From the NCBI GenBank assembly GCA_964016885.1, contig OZ024756.1, positions 2,604,001 to 2,668,000 of the forward strand: 64,000 nucleotides of DNA, in the 5' to 3' direction. A program made the position numbers and the translations under genes. The notes under the pieces are model-generated. The model saw only the letters and a program-made list of their open reading frames with translations. It did no database searches and had not been told where the DNA came from. Shown piece by piece: positions 1-13,500 of this stretch (positions within the stretch are counted from its first letter, which is position 1; each line of letters opens with the position of its first letter). The DNA is from Eledone cirrhosa (lineage: Eukaryota).

Positions 1-3000
1 GTGTCTCTACTACTGACGTGTATGTCAAGTCAGTGTCACTACTACTGCAGTGTATGTCAAGTCAGTGTGACTACTACTGAAGTGTATGTCAAGTCAGTGT
101 CACTACTACTGCAGTGTATGTCAAGTCAGTGCCACTACTACTGCAGTGTATGTCAAGTCAGTGTCACTACTACTGCACTCTATGTCAAGTCAGTGACACT
201 ACTACTGCAGTACATGTCCAGTCAGTGTCACTACTACTGCAGTGTATGTCAAGTCAGTACCACTACTACTGAAGTGTATGTCAAGTCAGTGTCACTACTA
301 CTGCAGTGCATGTCAAGTCAGTGCCACTACTACTGCAGTGTATGTCAAGTCAGTGCCTCTACTACTGCAGTGTATGTCAAGTCAGTGTCACTACTACTGC
401 ACTGCATGTCAAGTCAGTGTCACTACTACTGCAGTGTATGTCAAGTCAGTGTCACTACTACTGAAGTGCATGTCTAGTCAGTGTCACTACTACTGCAGTG
501 TATGTCAAGTCAGTGTCACTACTACTGCAGTGCATGTCAAGTCAGTCTCACTACTACTGCTGTGTATGTCAAGTCAGGGCCACTACTACTGCAGTGCATG
601 TCAAGTCAGTGCCACTACTACTGCAGTGCATGTCAAGTCAGTGTCACTACTACTGCAGTGTATGTCAAGTCAGTGTCACTACTACTGCAGTGCATGTCAA
701 GTCAGTGTCACTACTACTGCAGTGCATGTCAAGTCAGTCCCACTAAAACTGCAGTGTATGTCAAGTCAGTGTCACTACTACTGCATTGTATGTCAAGTCA
801 GTGGCACTACTACTGCAGCGTATGTCAAGTCAGTGTCAGTACAACTGCAGTGCATGTCAAGTCAGTGTCACTACTACTGCAGTGTATGTCAAGTCAGTGT
901 CACTACTACTGCAGTGTATGGTTTGTGAAGTCAGTGTCACTACTACTGCAGTGTATGTCAAGTCAGTGTCACTACTACTGAAGTGTATGTCAAGTCAGTG
1001 TCACTACTACTGAAGTGTATGTCAAGTCAGTATCACTACTACTGCAGTGTATGTCAAGTCAGTGTCACTACTACTGCAGTGCATGTCAAGTCAGTGTCAC
1101 TACTACTGCAGTGTATGTCAAGTCGGTGTCACTACTACTGCAGTCCATGTCAAGTCGGTGTCACTACTACTGCAGTGTATGTCAAGTCAGTGTCACTACT
1201 ACTGCAGTGTATGTCAAGTCAGTGTCACTACTACTGCAGTGTATGTCAAGTCAGTGTCACTACTACTGCAGTGTATGTCAAGTCAGTGTCACTACTACTG
1301 CAGTGTATGTCAAGTCAGTGTCACTACTACTGCAGTGCATGTCAAGTCAGTGTCACTACTACTGAAGTGTATGTCAAGTCAGTGTGACTACTACTGAAGT
1401 GTATGTCAAGTCAGTGTAACTACTACTGCAGTACATGTCAAGTCAGTGTCACTACTACTGAAGTGTATGTCAAGTCAGTGTCACTACTACTGCAGTGTAT
1501 GTCAAGTCAGTGTCACTACTACTGCAGTGTATGTCAAGTCAGTGTCGCTACTACTGAAGTGTATGTCAAGTCAGTGTCACTACTACTGAAGTGCATGTCT
1601 AGTCAGTGTCACTACTACTGCAGTTTATGTCAAGTCAGTACCACTACTACTGCAGTGTATGTCAAATCAGTATCACTACCACTGCAGTACATGTCAAGTC
1701 AGTGTCACTACTACTGAAGTACATGTCAAGTCAGCGTCACTACTACTGCAGTGTATGTCAAGTCAGTGCCACTACTACTGCAGTGTATGTCAAGTCAGTG
1801 TCACTACTACTGAAGTGTATGTCAAGTCAGTGCCACTACTACTGCAGTGCATGTCTAGTCAGTGTCACTACTACTGCAGTGTATGTCAAGTCAGTACCAC
1901 TACTACTGCAGTGTATGTCAAGTCGGTGACACTACTACTGCAGTGTATGTCAAGTCAGTGCCACTACTACTGCAGTACATGTCAAGTCAGTGTCACTACT
2001 ACTGCAGTGTATGTCAACCAGTGCCACTACTACTGCAGTGCATGTCAAGTCAGTGCCACTACTACTACAGTGTATGTCAAGTCAGTGCCACTACTACTGC
2101 AGTGTATGTCAAGTCAGTGTCACTACTACTGCAATGTATGTCAAGTCAGTGTCACTACTACTGCAGTGCATGTCAAGTCAGTGTCACTACTACTGCAGTG
2201 TATGTCAAGTCAGTGTCACTACTACTGCAGTGTATGTCAGATCTGTGTCACTACTACTGCAGTGTATGTCAAGTCAGTGCCACTACTACTGCAGTGTATG
2301 TCAAGTCAGTGTCACTACTACTGCAGTGTATGTCAAGTCAGTGTCACTACTACTGAAGTGTATGTCAAGTCAGTGTCACTACTACTGAAGTGTATGTCAA
2401 GTCAGTATCACTACTACTGCAGTGTATGTCAAGTCAGTGTCACTACTACTGCAGTGCATGTCAAGTCAGTGTCACTACTACTGCAGTGTATGTCAAGTCG
2501 GTGTCACTACTACTGCAGTCCATGTCAAGTCGGTGTCACTACTACTGCAGTGTATGTCAAGTCACTGTCACTACTACTGCAGTGTATGTCAAGTCAGTGT
2601 CACTACTACTGCAGTGTATGTCAAGTCTGTGTCACTACTATTGCAGTGTATGTCAAGTCAGTACCACTACTACTGAAGTGTATGTCAAGTCGGTGTCACT
2701 ACTACTGCAGTGTATGTCAAGTTAGTGTCACTACTACTGCAGTGTATGTCAAGTCAGTGTCACTACTACTGCAGTCCATGTCAAGTCGGTGCCACTACTA
2801 CTGCAGTGTATGTCAAGTCGGTGTCACTACTACTGCAGTCCATGTCAAGTCGGTGTCACTACTACTGCAGTGTATGTCAAGTCACTGTCACTACTACTGC
2901 AGTGTATGTCAAGTCAGTACCACTACTACTGAAGTGTATGTCAAGTCGGTGTCACTACTACTGCAGTCCATGTCAAGTCGGTGTCACTACTACTGTAGTG

Positions 3001-6000
3001 TATGTCAAGTCAGTGTCACTACTACTGCTGTGTATGTCAAGTCAGTGTCACTACTACTGCAGTACATGTCAAGTCAGTGTCACTCCTACTGAAGTGTATG
3101 TCAAGTCAGTGCCACTACTACTGCAGTGCATGTCAAGTCAGTCTCACTACTACTGCAGTGTATGTCAAGTCAGTGTCACTACTACTGCAGTGTATGTCAA
3201 GTCAGTGCCACTACTACTGCAGTCCATGTCAAGTCGGTGTCACTACTACTGCAGTGTATGTCAAGTCAGTGTCACTACTACTGCAGTGTATGTCAAGTCA
3301 GTGTCACTACTACTGCAGTACATGTCAAGTCAGTGTCTCTACTACTGACGTGTATGTCAAGTCAGTGTCACTACTACTGCAGTGTATGTCAAGTCAGTGT
3401 GACTACTACTGAAGTGTATGTCAAGTCAGTGTCACTACTACTGCAGTGTATGTCAAGTCAGTGCCACTACTACTGCAGTGTATGTCAAGTCAGTGTCACT
3501 ACTACTGCACTCTATGTCAAGTCAGTGACACTACTACTGCAGTACATGTCCAGTCAGTGTCACTACTACTGCAGTGTATGTCAAGTCAGTACCACTACTA
3601 CTGAAGTGTATGTCAAGTCAGTGTCACTACTACTGCAGTGCATGTCAAGTCAGTGCCACTACTACTGCAGTGTATGTCAAGTCAGTGCCTCTACTACTGC
3701 AGTGTATGTCAAGTCAGTGTCACTACTACTGCACTGCATGTCAAGTCAGTGTCACTACTACTGCAGTGTATGTCAAGTCAGTGTCACTACTACTGAAGTG
3801 CATGTCTAGTCAGTGTCACTACTACTGCAGTGTATGTCAAGTCAGTGTCACTACTACTGCAGTGCATGTCAAGTCAGTTTCACTACTACTGCTGTGTATG
3901 TCAAGTCAGTGCCACTACTACTGCAGTGCATGTCAAGTCAGTGCCACTACTACTGCAGTGCATGTCAAGTCAGTGTCACTACTACTGCAGTGTATGTCAA
4001 GTCAGTGTCACTACTACTGCAGTGCATGTCAAGTCAGTGTCACTACTACTGCAGTGCATGTCAAGTCAGTCCCACTAAAACTGCAGTGTATGTCAAGTCA
4101 GTGTCACTACTACTGCATTGTATGTCAAGTCAGTGGCACTACTACTGCAGCGTATGTCAAGTCAGTGTCAGTACAACTGCAGTGCATGTCAAGTCAGTGT
4201 CACTACTACTGCAGTGTATGTCAAGTCAGTGTCACTACTACTGCAGTGTATGGTTTGTGAAGTCAGTGTCACTACTACTGCAGTGTATGTCAAGTCAGTG
4301 TCACTACTACTGAAGTGTATGTCAAGTCAGTGTCACTACTACTGAAGTGTATGTCAAGTCAGTATCACTACTACTGCAGTGTATGTCAAGTCAGTGTCAC
4401 TACTACTGCAGTGCATGTCAAGTCAGTGTCACTACTACTGCAGTGTATGTCAAGTCGGTGTCACTACTACTGCAGTCCATGTCAAGTCGGTGTCACTACT
4501 ACTGCAGTGTATGTCAAGTCAGTGTCACTACTACTGCAGTGTATGTCAAGTCAGTGTCACTACTACTGCAGTGTATGTCAAGTCAGTGTCACTACTACTG
4601 CAGTGTATGTCAAGTCAGTGTCACTACTACTGCAGTGTATGTCAAGTCAGTGTCACTACTACTGCAGTGCATGTCAAGTCAGTGTCACTACTACTGAAGT
4701 GTATGTCAAGTCAGTGTGACTACTACTGAAGTGTATGTCAAGTCAGTGTAGCTACTACTGCAGTACATGTCAAGTCAGTGTCACTACTACTGAAGTGTAT
4801 GTCAAGTCAGTGTCACTACTACTGCAGTGTATGTCAAGTCAGTGTCACTACTACTGCAGTGTATGTCAAGTCAGTGTCGCTACTACTGAAGTGTATGTCA
4901 AGTCGGTGTCACTACTACTGCAGTGTATGTCAAGTCACTGTCACTACTACTGCAGTGTATGTCAAGTCAGTACCACTACTACTGAAGTGTATGTCAAGTC
5001 GGTGTCACTACTACTGCAGTCCATGTCAAGTCGGTGTCACTACTACTGTAGTGTATGTCAAGTCAGTGTCACTACTACTGCTGTGTATGTCAAGTCAGTG
5101 TCACTACTACTGCAGTACATGTCAAGTCAGTGTCACTCCTACTGAAGTGTATGTCAAGTCAGTGCCACTACTACTGCAGTGCATGTCAAGTCAGTCTCAC
5201 TACTACTGCAGTGTATGTCAAGTCAGTGTCACTACTACTGCAGTGTATGTCAAGTCAGTGCCACTACTACTGCAGTCCATGTCAAGTCGGTGTCACTACT
5301 ACTGCAGTGTATGTCAAGTCAGTGTCACTACTACTGCAGTGTATGTCAAGTCAGTGTCACTACTACTGCAGTACATGTCAAGTCAGTGCCACTACTACTA
5401 CAGTGTATGTCAAGTCAGTGCCACTACTACTGCAGTGTATGTCAAGTCAGTGTCACTACTACTGAAGTGTATGTCAAGTCAGTGTCACTACTACTGAAGT
5501 GTATGTCAAGTCAGTATCACTACTACTGCAGTGTATGTCAAGTCAGTGTCACTACTACTGCAGTGCATGTCAAGTCAGTGTCACTACTACTGCAGTGTAT
5601 GTCAAGTCGGTGTCACTACTACTGCAGTCCATGTCAAGTCGGTGTCACTACTACTGCAGTGTATGTCAAGTCAGTGTCACTACTACTGCAGTGTATGTCA
5701 AGTCAGTGTCACTACTACTGCAGTGTATGTCAAGTCAGTGTCACTACTACTGCAGTGTATGTCAAGTCAGTGTCACTACTACTGCAGTGTATGTCAAGTC
5801 AGTGTCACTACTACTGCAGTGCATGTCAAGTCAGTGTCACTACTACTGAAGTGTATGTCAAGTCAGTGTGACTACTACTGAAGTGTATGTCAAGTCAGTG
5901 TAGCTACTACTGCAGTACATGTCAAGTCAGTGTCACTACTACTGAAGTGTATGTCAAGTCAGTGTCACTACTACTGCAGTGTATGTCAAGTCAGTGTCAC

Positions 6001-7500
6001 TACTACTGCAGTGTATGTCAAGTCAGTGTCGCTACTACTGAAGTGTATGTCAAGTCAGTGTCACTACTACTGAAGTGCATGTCTAGTCAGTGTCACTACT
6101 ACTGCAGTTTATGTCAAGTCAGTACCACTACTACTGCAGTGTATGTCAAATCAGTATCACTACCACTGCAGTACATGTCAAGTCAGTGTCACTACTACTG
6201 AAGTACATGTCAAGTCAGCGTCACTACTACTGCAGTGTATGTCAAGTCAGTGCCACTACTACTGCAGTGTATGTCAAGTCAGTGTCACTACTACTGAAGT
6301 GTATGTCAAGTCAGTGCCACTACTACTGCAGTGCATGTCTAGTCAGTGTCACTACTACTGCAGTGTATGTCAAGTCAGTACCACTACTACTGCAGTGTAT
6401 GTCAAGTCGGTGACACTACTACTGCAGTGTATGTCAAGTCAGTGCCACTACTACTGCAGTACATGTCAAGTCAGTGTCACTACTACTGCAGTGTATGTCA
6501 ACCAGTGCCACTACTACTGCAGTGCATGTCAAGTCAGTGCCACTACTACTACAGTGTATGTCAAGTCAGTGCCACTACTACTGCAGTGTATGTCAAGTCA
6601 GTGTCACTACTACTGCAATGTATGTCAAGTCAGTGTCACTACTACTGCAGTGCATGTCAAGTCAGTGTCACTACTACTGCAGTGTATGTCAAGTCAGTGT
6701 CACTACTACTGCAGTGTATGTCAGATCTGTGTCACTACTACTGCAGTGTATGTCAAGTCAGTGCCACTACTACTGCAGTGTATGTCAAGTCAGTGTCACT
6801 ACTACTGCAGTGTATGTCAAGTCAGTGTCACTACTACTGAAGTGTATGTCAAGTCAGTGTCACTACTACTGAAGTGTATGTCAAGTCAGTATCACTACTA
6901 CTGCAGTGTATGTCAAGTCAGTGTCACTACTACTGCAGTGCATGTCAAGTCAGTGTCACTACTACTGCAGTGTATGTCAAGTCGGTGTCACTACTACTGC
7001 AGTCCATGTCAAGTCGGTGTCACTACTACTGCAGTGTATGTCAAGTCACTGTCACTACTACTGCAGTGTATGTCAAGTCAGTGTCACTACTACTGCAGTG
7101 TATGTCAAGTCTGTGTCACTACTATTGCAGTGTATGTCAAGTCAGTACCACTACTACTGAAGTGTATGTCAAGTCGGTGTCACTACTACTGCAGTGTATG
7201 TCAAGTTAGTGTCACTACTACTGCAGTGTATGTCAAGTCAGTGTCACTACTACTGCAGTCCATGTCAAGTCGGTGCCACTACTACTGCAGTGTATGTCAA
7301 GTCGGTGTCACTACTACTGCAGTCCATGTCAAGTCGGTGTCACTACTACTGCAGTGTATGTCAAGTCACTGTCACTACTACTGCAGTGTATGTCAAGTCA
7401 GTACCACTACTACTGAAGTGTATGTCAAGTCGGTGTCACTACTACTGCAGTCCATGTCAAGTCGGTGTCACTACTACTGTAGTGTATGTCAAGTCAGTGT
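1..7500. repeat. Mosaic multi-kb duplications within the satellite (offsets 3332, 2053, 4484 bp)
   Basis: Near-identical ORF-track entries at 242/3574 (3332), 3002/5055 (2053) and 1659/6143 (4484). The rare +5-bp monomer TATGGTTTGTGAAG occurs at ~918 and ~4250. 3332 = 104x32 +5 -1, which matches the indels seen. Boundaries are approximate. Confidence 0.85.
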
Positions 7501-10500
7501 CACTACTACTGCAGTGTATGTCAAGTCAGTGTCACTACTACTGAAGTGTATGTCAAGTCAGTGTCACTACTACTGCAGTTTATGTCAAGTCAGTGTCACT
7601 ACTACTGCAGTGTATGTCAAGTCAGTGTCACTACTACTGCAGTCCATGTCAAGTCGGTGTCACTACTACTGCAGTGTATGTCAAGTCAGTGTCACGACTA
7701 CTGCAGTGTATGTCAAGTCGGTGTCACTACTACTGCAGTGTATGTCAAGTCAGTGTCCTACTACTGAAGTGTATGTGAAGTCAGTGTCACTACTACTGAA
7801 GTGCATGTCTAGTCAGTGTCACTACTACTGCAGTGTATGTCAAGTCAGTACCACTTCTACTGCAGTGTATGTCAAATCAGTATCACTACCTCTGCAGTAC
7901 ATGTCAAGTCAGTGTCACTAATACTGAAGTGCATGTCTAGTCAGTGTCACTACTACTGCAGTGTATGTCAAGTCAGTGCCACTACTACTGCAGTGTATGT
8001 CAAGTCAGTGTCACTACTACTGAAGTGTATGTCAAGTCAGTGTCACTACTACTTCAGTACATGTCAAGTCAGTGTCACTACTACTGAAGTGTATGTCAAG
8101 TCAGTGCCACTACTACTGCAGTACATGTCAAGTCAGTGTCACTACTACTGCAGTGTATGTCAAGTCAGTACCACTACTACTGCAGTGTATGTCAAGTCGG
8201 TGACACTACTACTGCAGTACATGTCAAGTCAGTGTCACTACTACTGAAGTGTATGTCAACCAGTGCCACTACTACTGCAGTGCATGTCAAGTCAGTGTCA
8301 CTACTACTGCAGTGTATGTCAATTCAGTGCCACTACTACTGCAGTGTATGTCAAGTCAGTGTCACTACTACTGCAGTACATGTCAAGTCAGTTTCACTAC
8401 TACTGAAGTGCATGTCAAGTCAGTGTCACTACTACTGAAGTGCATGTCAAGTCAGTGTCACTACTACTGCAGTGTATGTCAAGTCAGTGTCACTACTACT
8501 GCAGTGTATGTCAAGTCAGTGTCACTACTACTGCAGTGTATGTAAAGTCAGTGTCACTACTACTGACGTGTATGTCAAGTCAGTGCCACTACTACTGCAG
8601 TGCATGTAAAGTCAGTGCCACTACTACTGCAGTGTATGTCAAGTCAGTGTCACTACTACTGCAGTGTATGTCAAGTCAGTGTCACTACTACTGCAGTGTA
8701 TGTCAAGTCAGTGTCACTACTACTGAATTGTATGTCAAGTCAGTGCCACTACTACTGCAGTGCATGTAAAGTCAGTGCCACTACTACTGCAGTGTATGTC
8801 AAGTCAGTGCCACTACTACTGCAGTGTATGTCAAGTCAGTGTCACTACTACTGCAGTGTATGTCAAGTCAGTGTCACTACTACTGCAGTGTATGTCAAGT
8901 CAGTGTCACTACTACTGCAGTGCATGTCAAGTCAGTGTCACTACTACTGAAGTGTATGTCAAGTCAGTGTGACTACTACTGAAGTGTATGTCAAGTCAGT
9001 GTAACTACTACTGCAGTACATGTCAAGTCAGTGTCACTACTACTGAAGTGTATGTCAAGTCAGTGTCACTACTACTGCAGTGTATGTCAAGTCAGTGTCA
9101 CTACTACTGCAGTGTATGTCAAGTCAGTGTCGCTACTACTGAAGTGTATGTCAAGTCAGTGTCACTACTACTGAAGTGCATGTCTAGTCAGTGACACTAC
9201 TACTGCAGTGTATGTCAAATCAGTACCACTACTACTGCAGTGTATGTCAAATCAGTATCACTACCACTGCAGTACATGTCAAGTCAGTGTCACTACTACT
9301 GAAGTACATGTCAAGTCAGCGTCACTACTACTGCAGTGTATGTCAAGTCAGTGCCACTACTACTGCAGTGCATGTCAAGTCAGTGTCACTACTACTGAAG
9401 TGTATGTCAAGTCAGTGCCACTACTACTGCAGTGCATGTCTAGTCAGTGTCACTACTACTGCAGTGTATGTCAAGTCAGTACCACTACTACTGCAGTGTA
9501 TGTCAAGTCGGTGACACTACTACTGCAGTGTATGTCAAGTCAGTGCCACTACTACTGCAGTACATGTCAAGTCAGTGTCACTACTACTGCAGTGTATGTC
9601 AACCAGTGCCACTACTACTGCAGTGCATGTCAAGTCAGTGCCACTACTACTGCAGTGTATGTCAAGTCAGTGTCACTACTACTGCAATGTATGTCAAGTC
9701 AGTGTCACTACTACTGCAGTGCATGTCAAGTCAGTGTCACTACTACTGCAGTGTATGTCAAGTCAGTGTCACTACTACTGCAGTGTATGTCAAGTCTGTG
9801 TCACTACTACTGCAGTGTATGTCAAGTCAGTGCCACTACTACTGCAGTGTATGTCAAGTCAGTGTCACTACTACTGCAGTGTATGTCAAGTCAGTGTCAC
9901 TACTACTGAAGTGTATGTCAAGTCAGTGTCACTACTACTGAAGTGTATGTCAAGTCAGTATCACTACTACTGCAGTGTATGTCAAGTCAGTGTCACTACT
10001 ACTGCAGTGCATGTCAAGTCAGTGTCACTACTACTGCAGTGTATGTCAAGTCGGTGTCACTACTACTGCAGTCCATGTCAAGTCGGTGTCACTACTACTG
10101 CAGTGTATGTCAAGTCTGTGTCACTACTATTGCAGTGTATGTCAAGTCAGTGTCACTACTATTGCAGTGTATGTCAAGTCGGTGTCACTACTACTGCAGC
10201 CATGCCAAGTCGGTGTCACTACTACTGCAGTGTATGTCAAGTCAGTGTCACTACTACTGCAGTGTATGTCAAGTCAGTGTCACTACTATTGCAGTGTATG
10301 TCAAGTCAGTACCACTACTACTGAAGTGTATGTCAAGTCGGTGACACTACTACTGCAGTGTATGTCAAGTCGGTGTCACCACTACTGCAGTCCATGTCAA
10401 GTCGGTGTCACTACTACTGCAGTGTATGTCAAGTCACTGTCACTACTACTGCAGTGTATGTCAAGTCAGTACCACTACTACTGAAGTGTATGTCAAGTCG

Positions 10501-13500
10501 GTGTCACTACTACTGCAGTCCATGTCAAGTCGGTCTCACTACTACTGTAGTGTATGTCAAGTCAGTGTCACTACTACTGCAGTGTATGTCAAGTCAGTGT
10601 CACTACTACTGAAGTGTATGTCAAGTCAGTGTCACTACTACTGCAGTTTATGTCAAGTCAGTGTCACTACTACTGCAGTGTATGTCAAGTCAGTGTCACT
10701 ACTACTGCAGTCCATGTCAAGTCGGTGTCACTACTACTGCAGTGTATGTCAAGTCAGTGTCACTACTACTGCAGTGTATGTCAAGTCGGTGTCACTACTA
10801 CTGCAGTGTATGTCAAGTCAGTGTCCTACTACTGAAGTGTATGTCAAGTCAGTGTCACTACTACTGAAGTGCATGTCTAGTCAGTGTCACTACTACTGCA
10901 GTGTATGTCAAGTCAGTACCACTACTACTGCAGTGTATGTCAAATCAGTATCACTACCACTGCAGTACATGTCAAGTCAGTGTCACTAATACTGAAGTGC
11001 ATGTCTAGTCAGTGTCACTACTACTGCAGTGTATGTCAAGTCAGTGCCACTACTACTGCAGTGTATGTCAAGTCAGTGTCACTACTACTGAAGTATATGT
11101 CAAGTCAGTGTCACTACTACTGCAGTACATGTCAAGTCAGTGTCACTACTACTGAAGTGTATGTCAACCAGTGCCACTACTACTGCAGTGCATGTCAAGT
11201 CAGTGTCACTACTACTGCAGTGTATGTCAAGTCAGTGCCACTACTACTGCAGTGTATGTCAAGTCAGTGTCACTACTACTGCACTGTATGTCAAGTCAGT
11301 GTCACTACTACTGCAGTGTATGTCAAGTCAGTGTCACTACTACTGAAGTGCATGTCAAGTCAGTGTCACTACTACTGAAGTGCATGTCAAGTCAGTGTCA
11401 CTACTACTGCAGTGTATGTCAAGTCAGTGTCACTACTACTGCAGTGTATGTCAAGTCAGTGTCACTACTACTGCAGTGTATGTCAATTCAGTGTCACTAC
11501 TACTGAAGTGTATGTCAAGTCAGTGCCACTACTACTGCAGTGCATGTAAAGTCAGTGCCACTACTACTGCAGTGTATGTCAAGTCAGTGTCACTACTACT
11601 GCAGTGTATGTCAAGTCAGTGTCACTACTACTGCAGTGTATGTCAAGTCAGTGTCACTACTACTGAAGTGTATGTCAAGTCAGTGCCACTACTACTGCAG
11701 TGCATGTAAAGTCAGTGCCACTACTACTGCAGTGTATGTCAAGTCAGTGTCACTACTACTGCAATGTATGTCAAGTCAGTGTCACTACTACTGCAGTCCA
11801 TGTCAAGTCGGTGTCACTACTACTGCAGTGTATGTCAAGTCACTGTCACTACTACTGCAGTGTATGTCAAGTCGGTGTCACTACTACTGCAGTCCATGTC
11901 AAGTCGGTGTCACTACTACTGCAGTGTATGTCAAGTCACTGTCACTACTACTGCAGTGTATGTCAAGTCAGTGTCACTACTACTGCAGTGTATGTCAAGT
12001 CTGTGTCACTACTATTGCAGTGTATGTCAAGTCAGTACCACTACTACTGAAGTGTATGTCAAGTCGGTGACACTACTACTGCAGTGTATGTCAAGTCGGT
12101 GTCACTACTACTGCAGTCCATGTCAAGTCGGTGTCACTACTACTGCAGTGTATGTCAAGTCACTGTCACTACTACTGCAGTGTATGTCAAGTCAGTACCA
12201 CTACTACTGAAGTGTATGTCAAGTCGGTGTCACTACTAGTGCAGTCCATGTCAAGTCGGTGTCACTACTACTGCAGTGTATGTCAAGTCAGTGTCACTAC
12301 TACTGAAGTGTATGTCAAGTCAGTGTCACTACTACTGCAGTTTATGTCAAGTCAGTGTCACTACTACTGCAGTGCATGTCAAGTCAGTGTCACTACTACT
12401 GCAGTGTATGTCAAGTCAGTGTCACTACTACTGAAGTGTATGTCAAGTCAGTGTCACTACTACTGCAGTTTATGTCAAGTCAGTGTCACTACTACTGCAG
12501 TGTATGTCAAGTCAGTGTCACTACTACTGCAGTCCATGTCAAGTCGGTGTCACTACTACTGCAGTGTATGTCAAGTCAGTGTCACTACTACTGCAGTGTA
12601 TGTCAAGTCGGTGTCACTACTACTGCAGTGTATGTCAAGTCAGTGTCCTACTACTGAAGTGTATGTGAAGTCAGTGTCACTACTACTGAAGTGCATGTCT
12701 AGTCAGTGTCACTACTACTGCAGTGTATGTCAAGTCAGTACCACTACTACTGCAGTGTATGTCAAATCAGTATCACTACCTCTGCAGTACATGTCAAGTC
12801 AGTGTCACTAATACTGAAGTGCATGTCTAGTCAGTGTCACTACTACTGCAGTGTATGTCAAGTCAGTGCCACTACTACTGCAGTGTATGTCAAGTCAGTG
12901 TCACTACTACTGAAGTGTATGTCAAGTCAGTGTCACTACTACTTCAGTACATGTCAAGTCAGTGTCACTACTACTGAAGTGTATGTCAAGTCAGTGCCAC
13001 TACTACTGCAGTACATGTCAAGTCAGTGTCACTACTACTGCAGTGTATGTCAAGTCAGTACCACTACTACTGCAGTGTATGTCAAGTCGGTGACACTACT
13101 ACTGCAGTACATGTCAAGTCAGTGTCACTACTACTGAAGTGTATGTCAACCAGTGCCACTACTACTGCAGTGCATGTCAAGTCAGTGTCACTACTACTGC
13201 AGTGTATGTCAATTCAGTGCCACTACTACTGCAGTGTATGTCAAGTCAGTGTCACTACTACTGCAGTACATGTCAAGTCAGTTTCACTACTACTGAAGTG
13301 CATGTCAAGTCAGTGTCACTACTACTGAAGTGCATGTCAAGTCAGTGTCACTACTACTGCAGTGTATGTCAAGTCAGTGTCACTACTACTGCAGTGTATG
13401 TCAAGTCAGTGTCACTACTACTGCAGTGTATGTAAAGTCAGTGTCACTACTACTGACGTGTATGTCAAGTCAGTGCCACTACTACTGCAGTGCATGTAAA

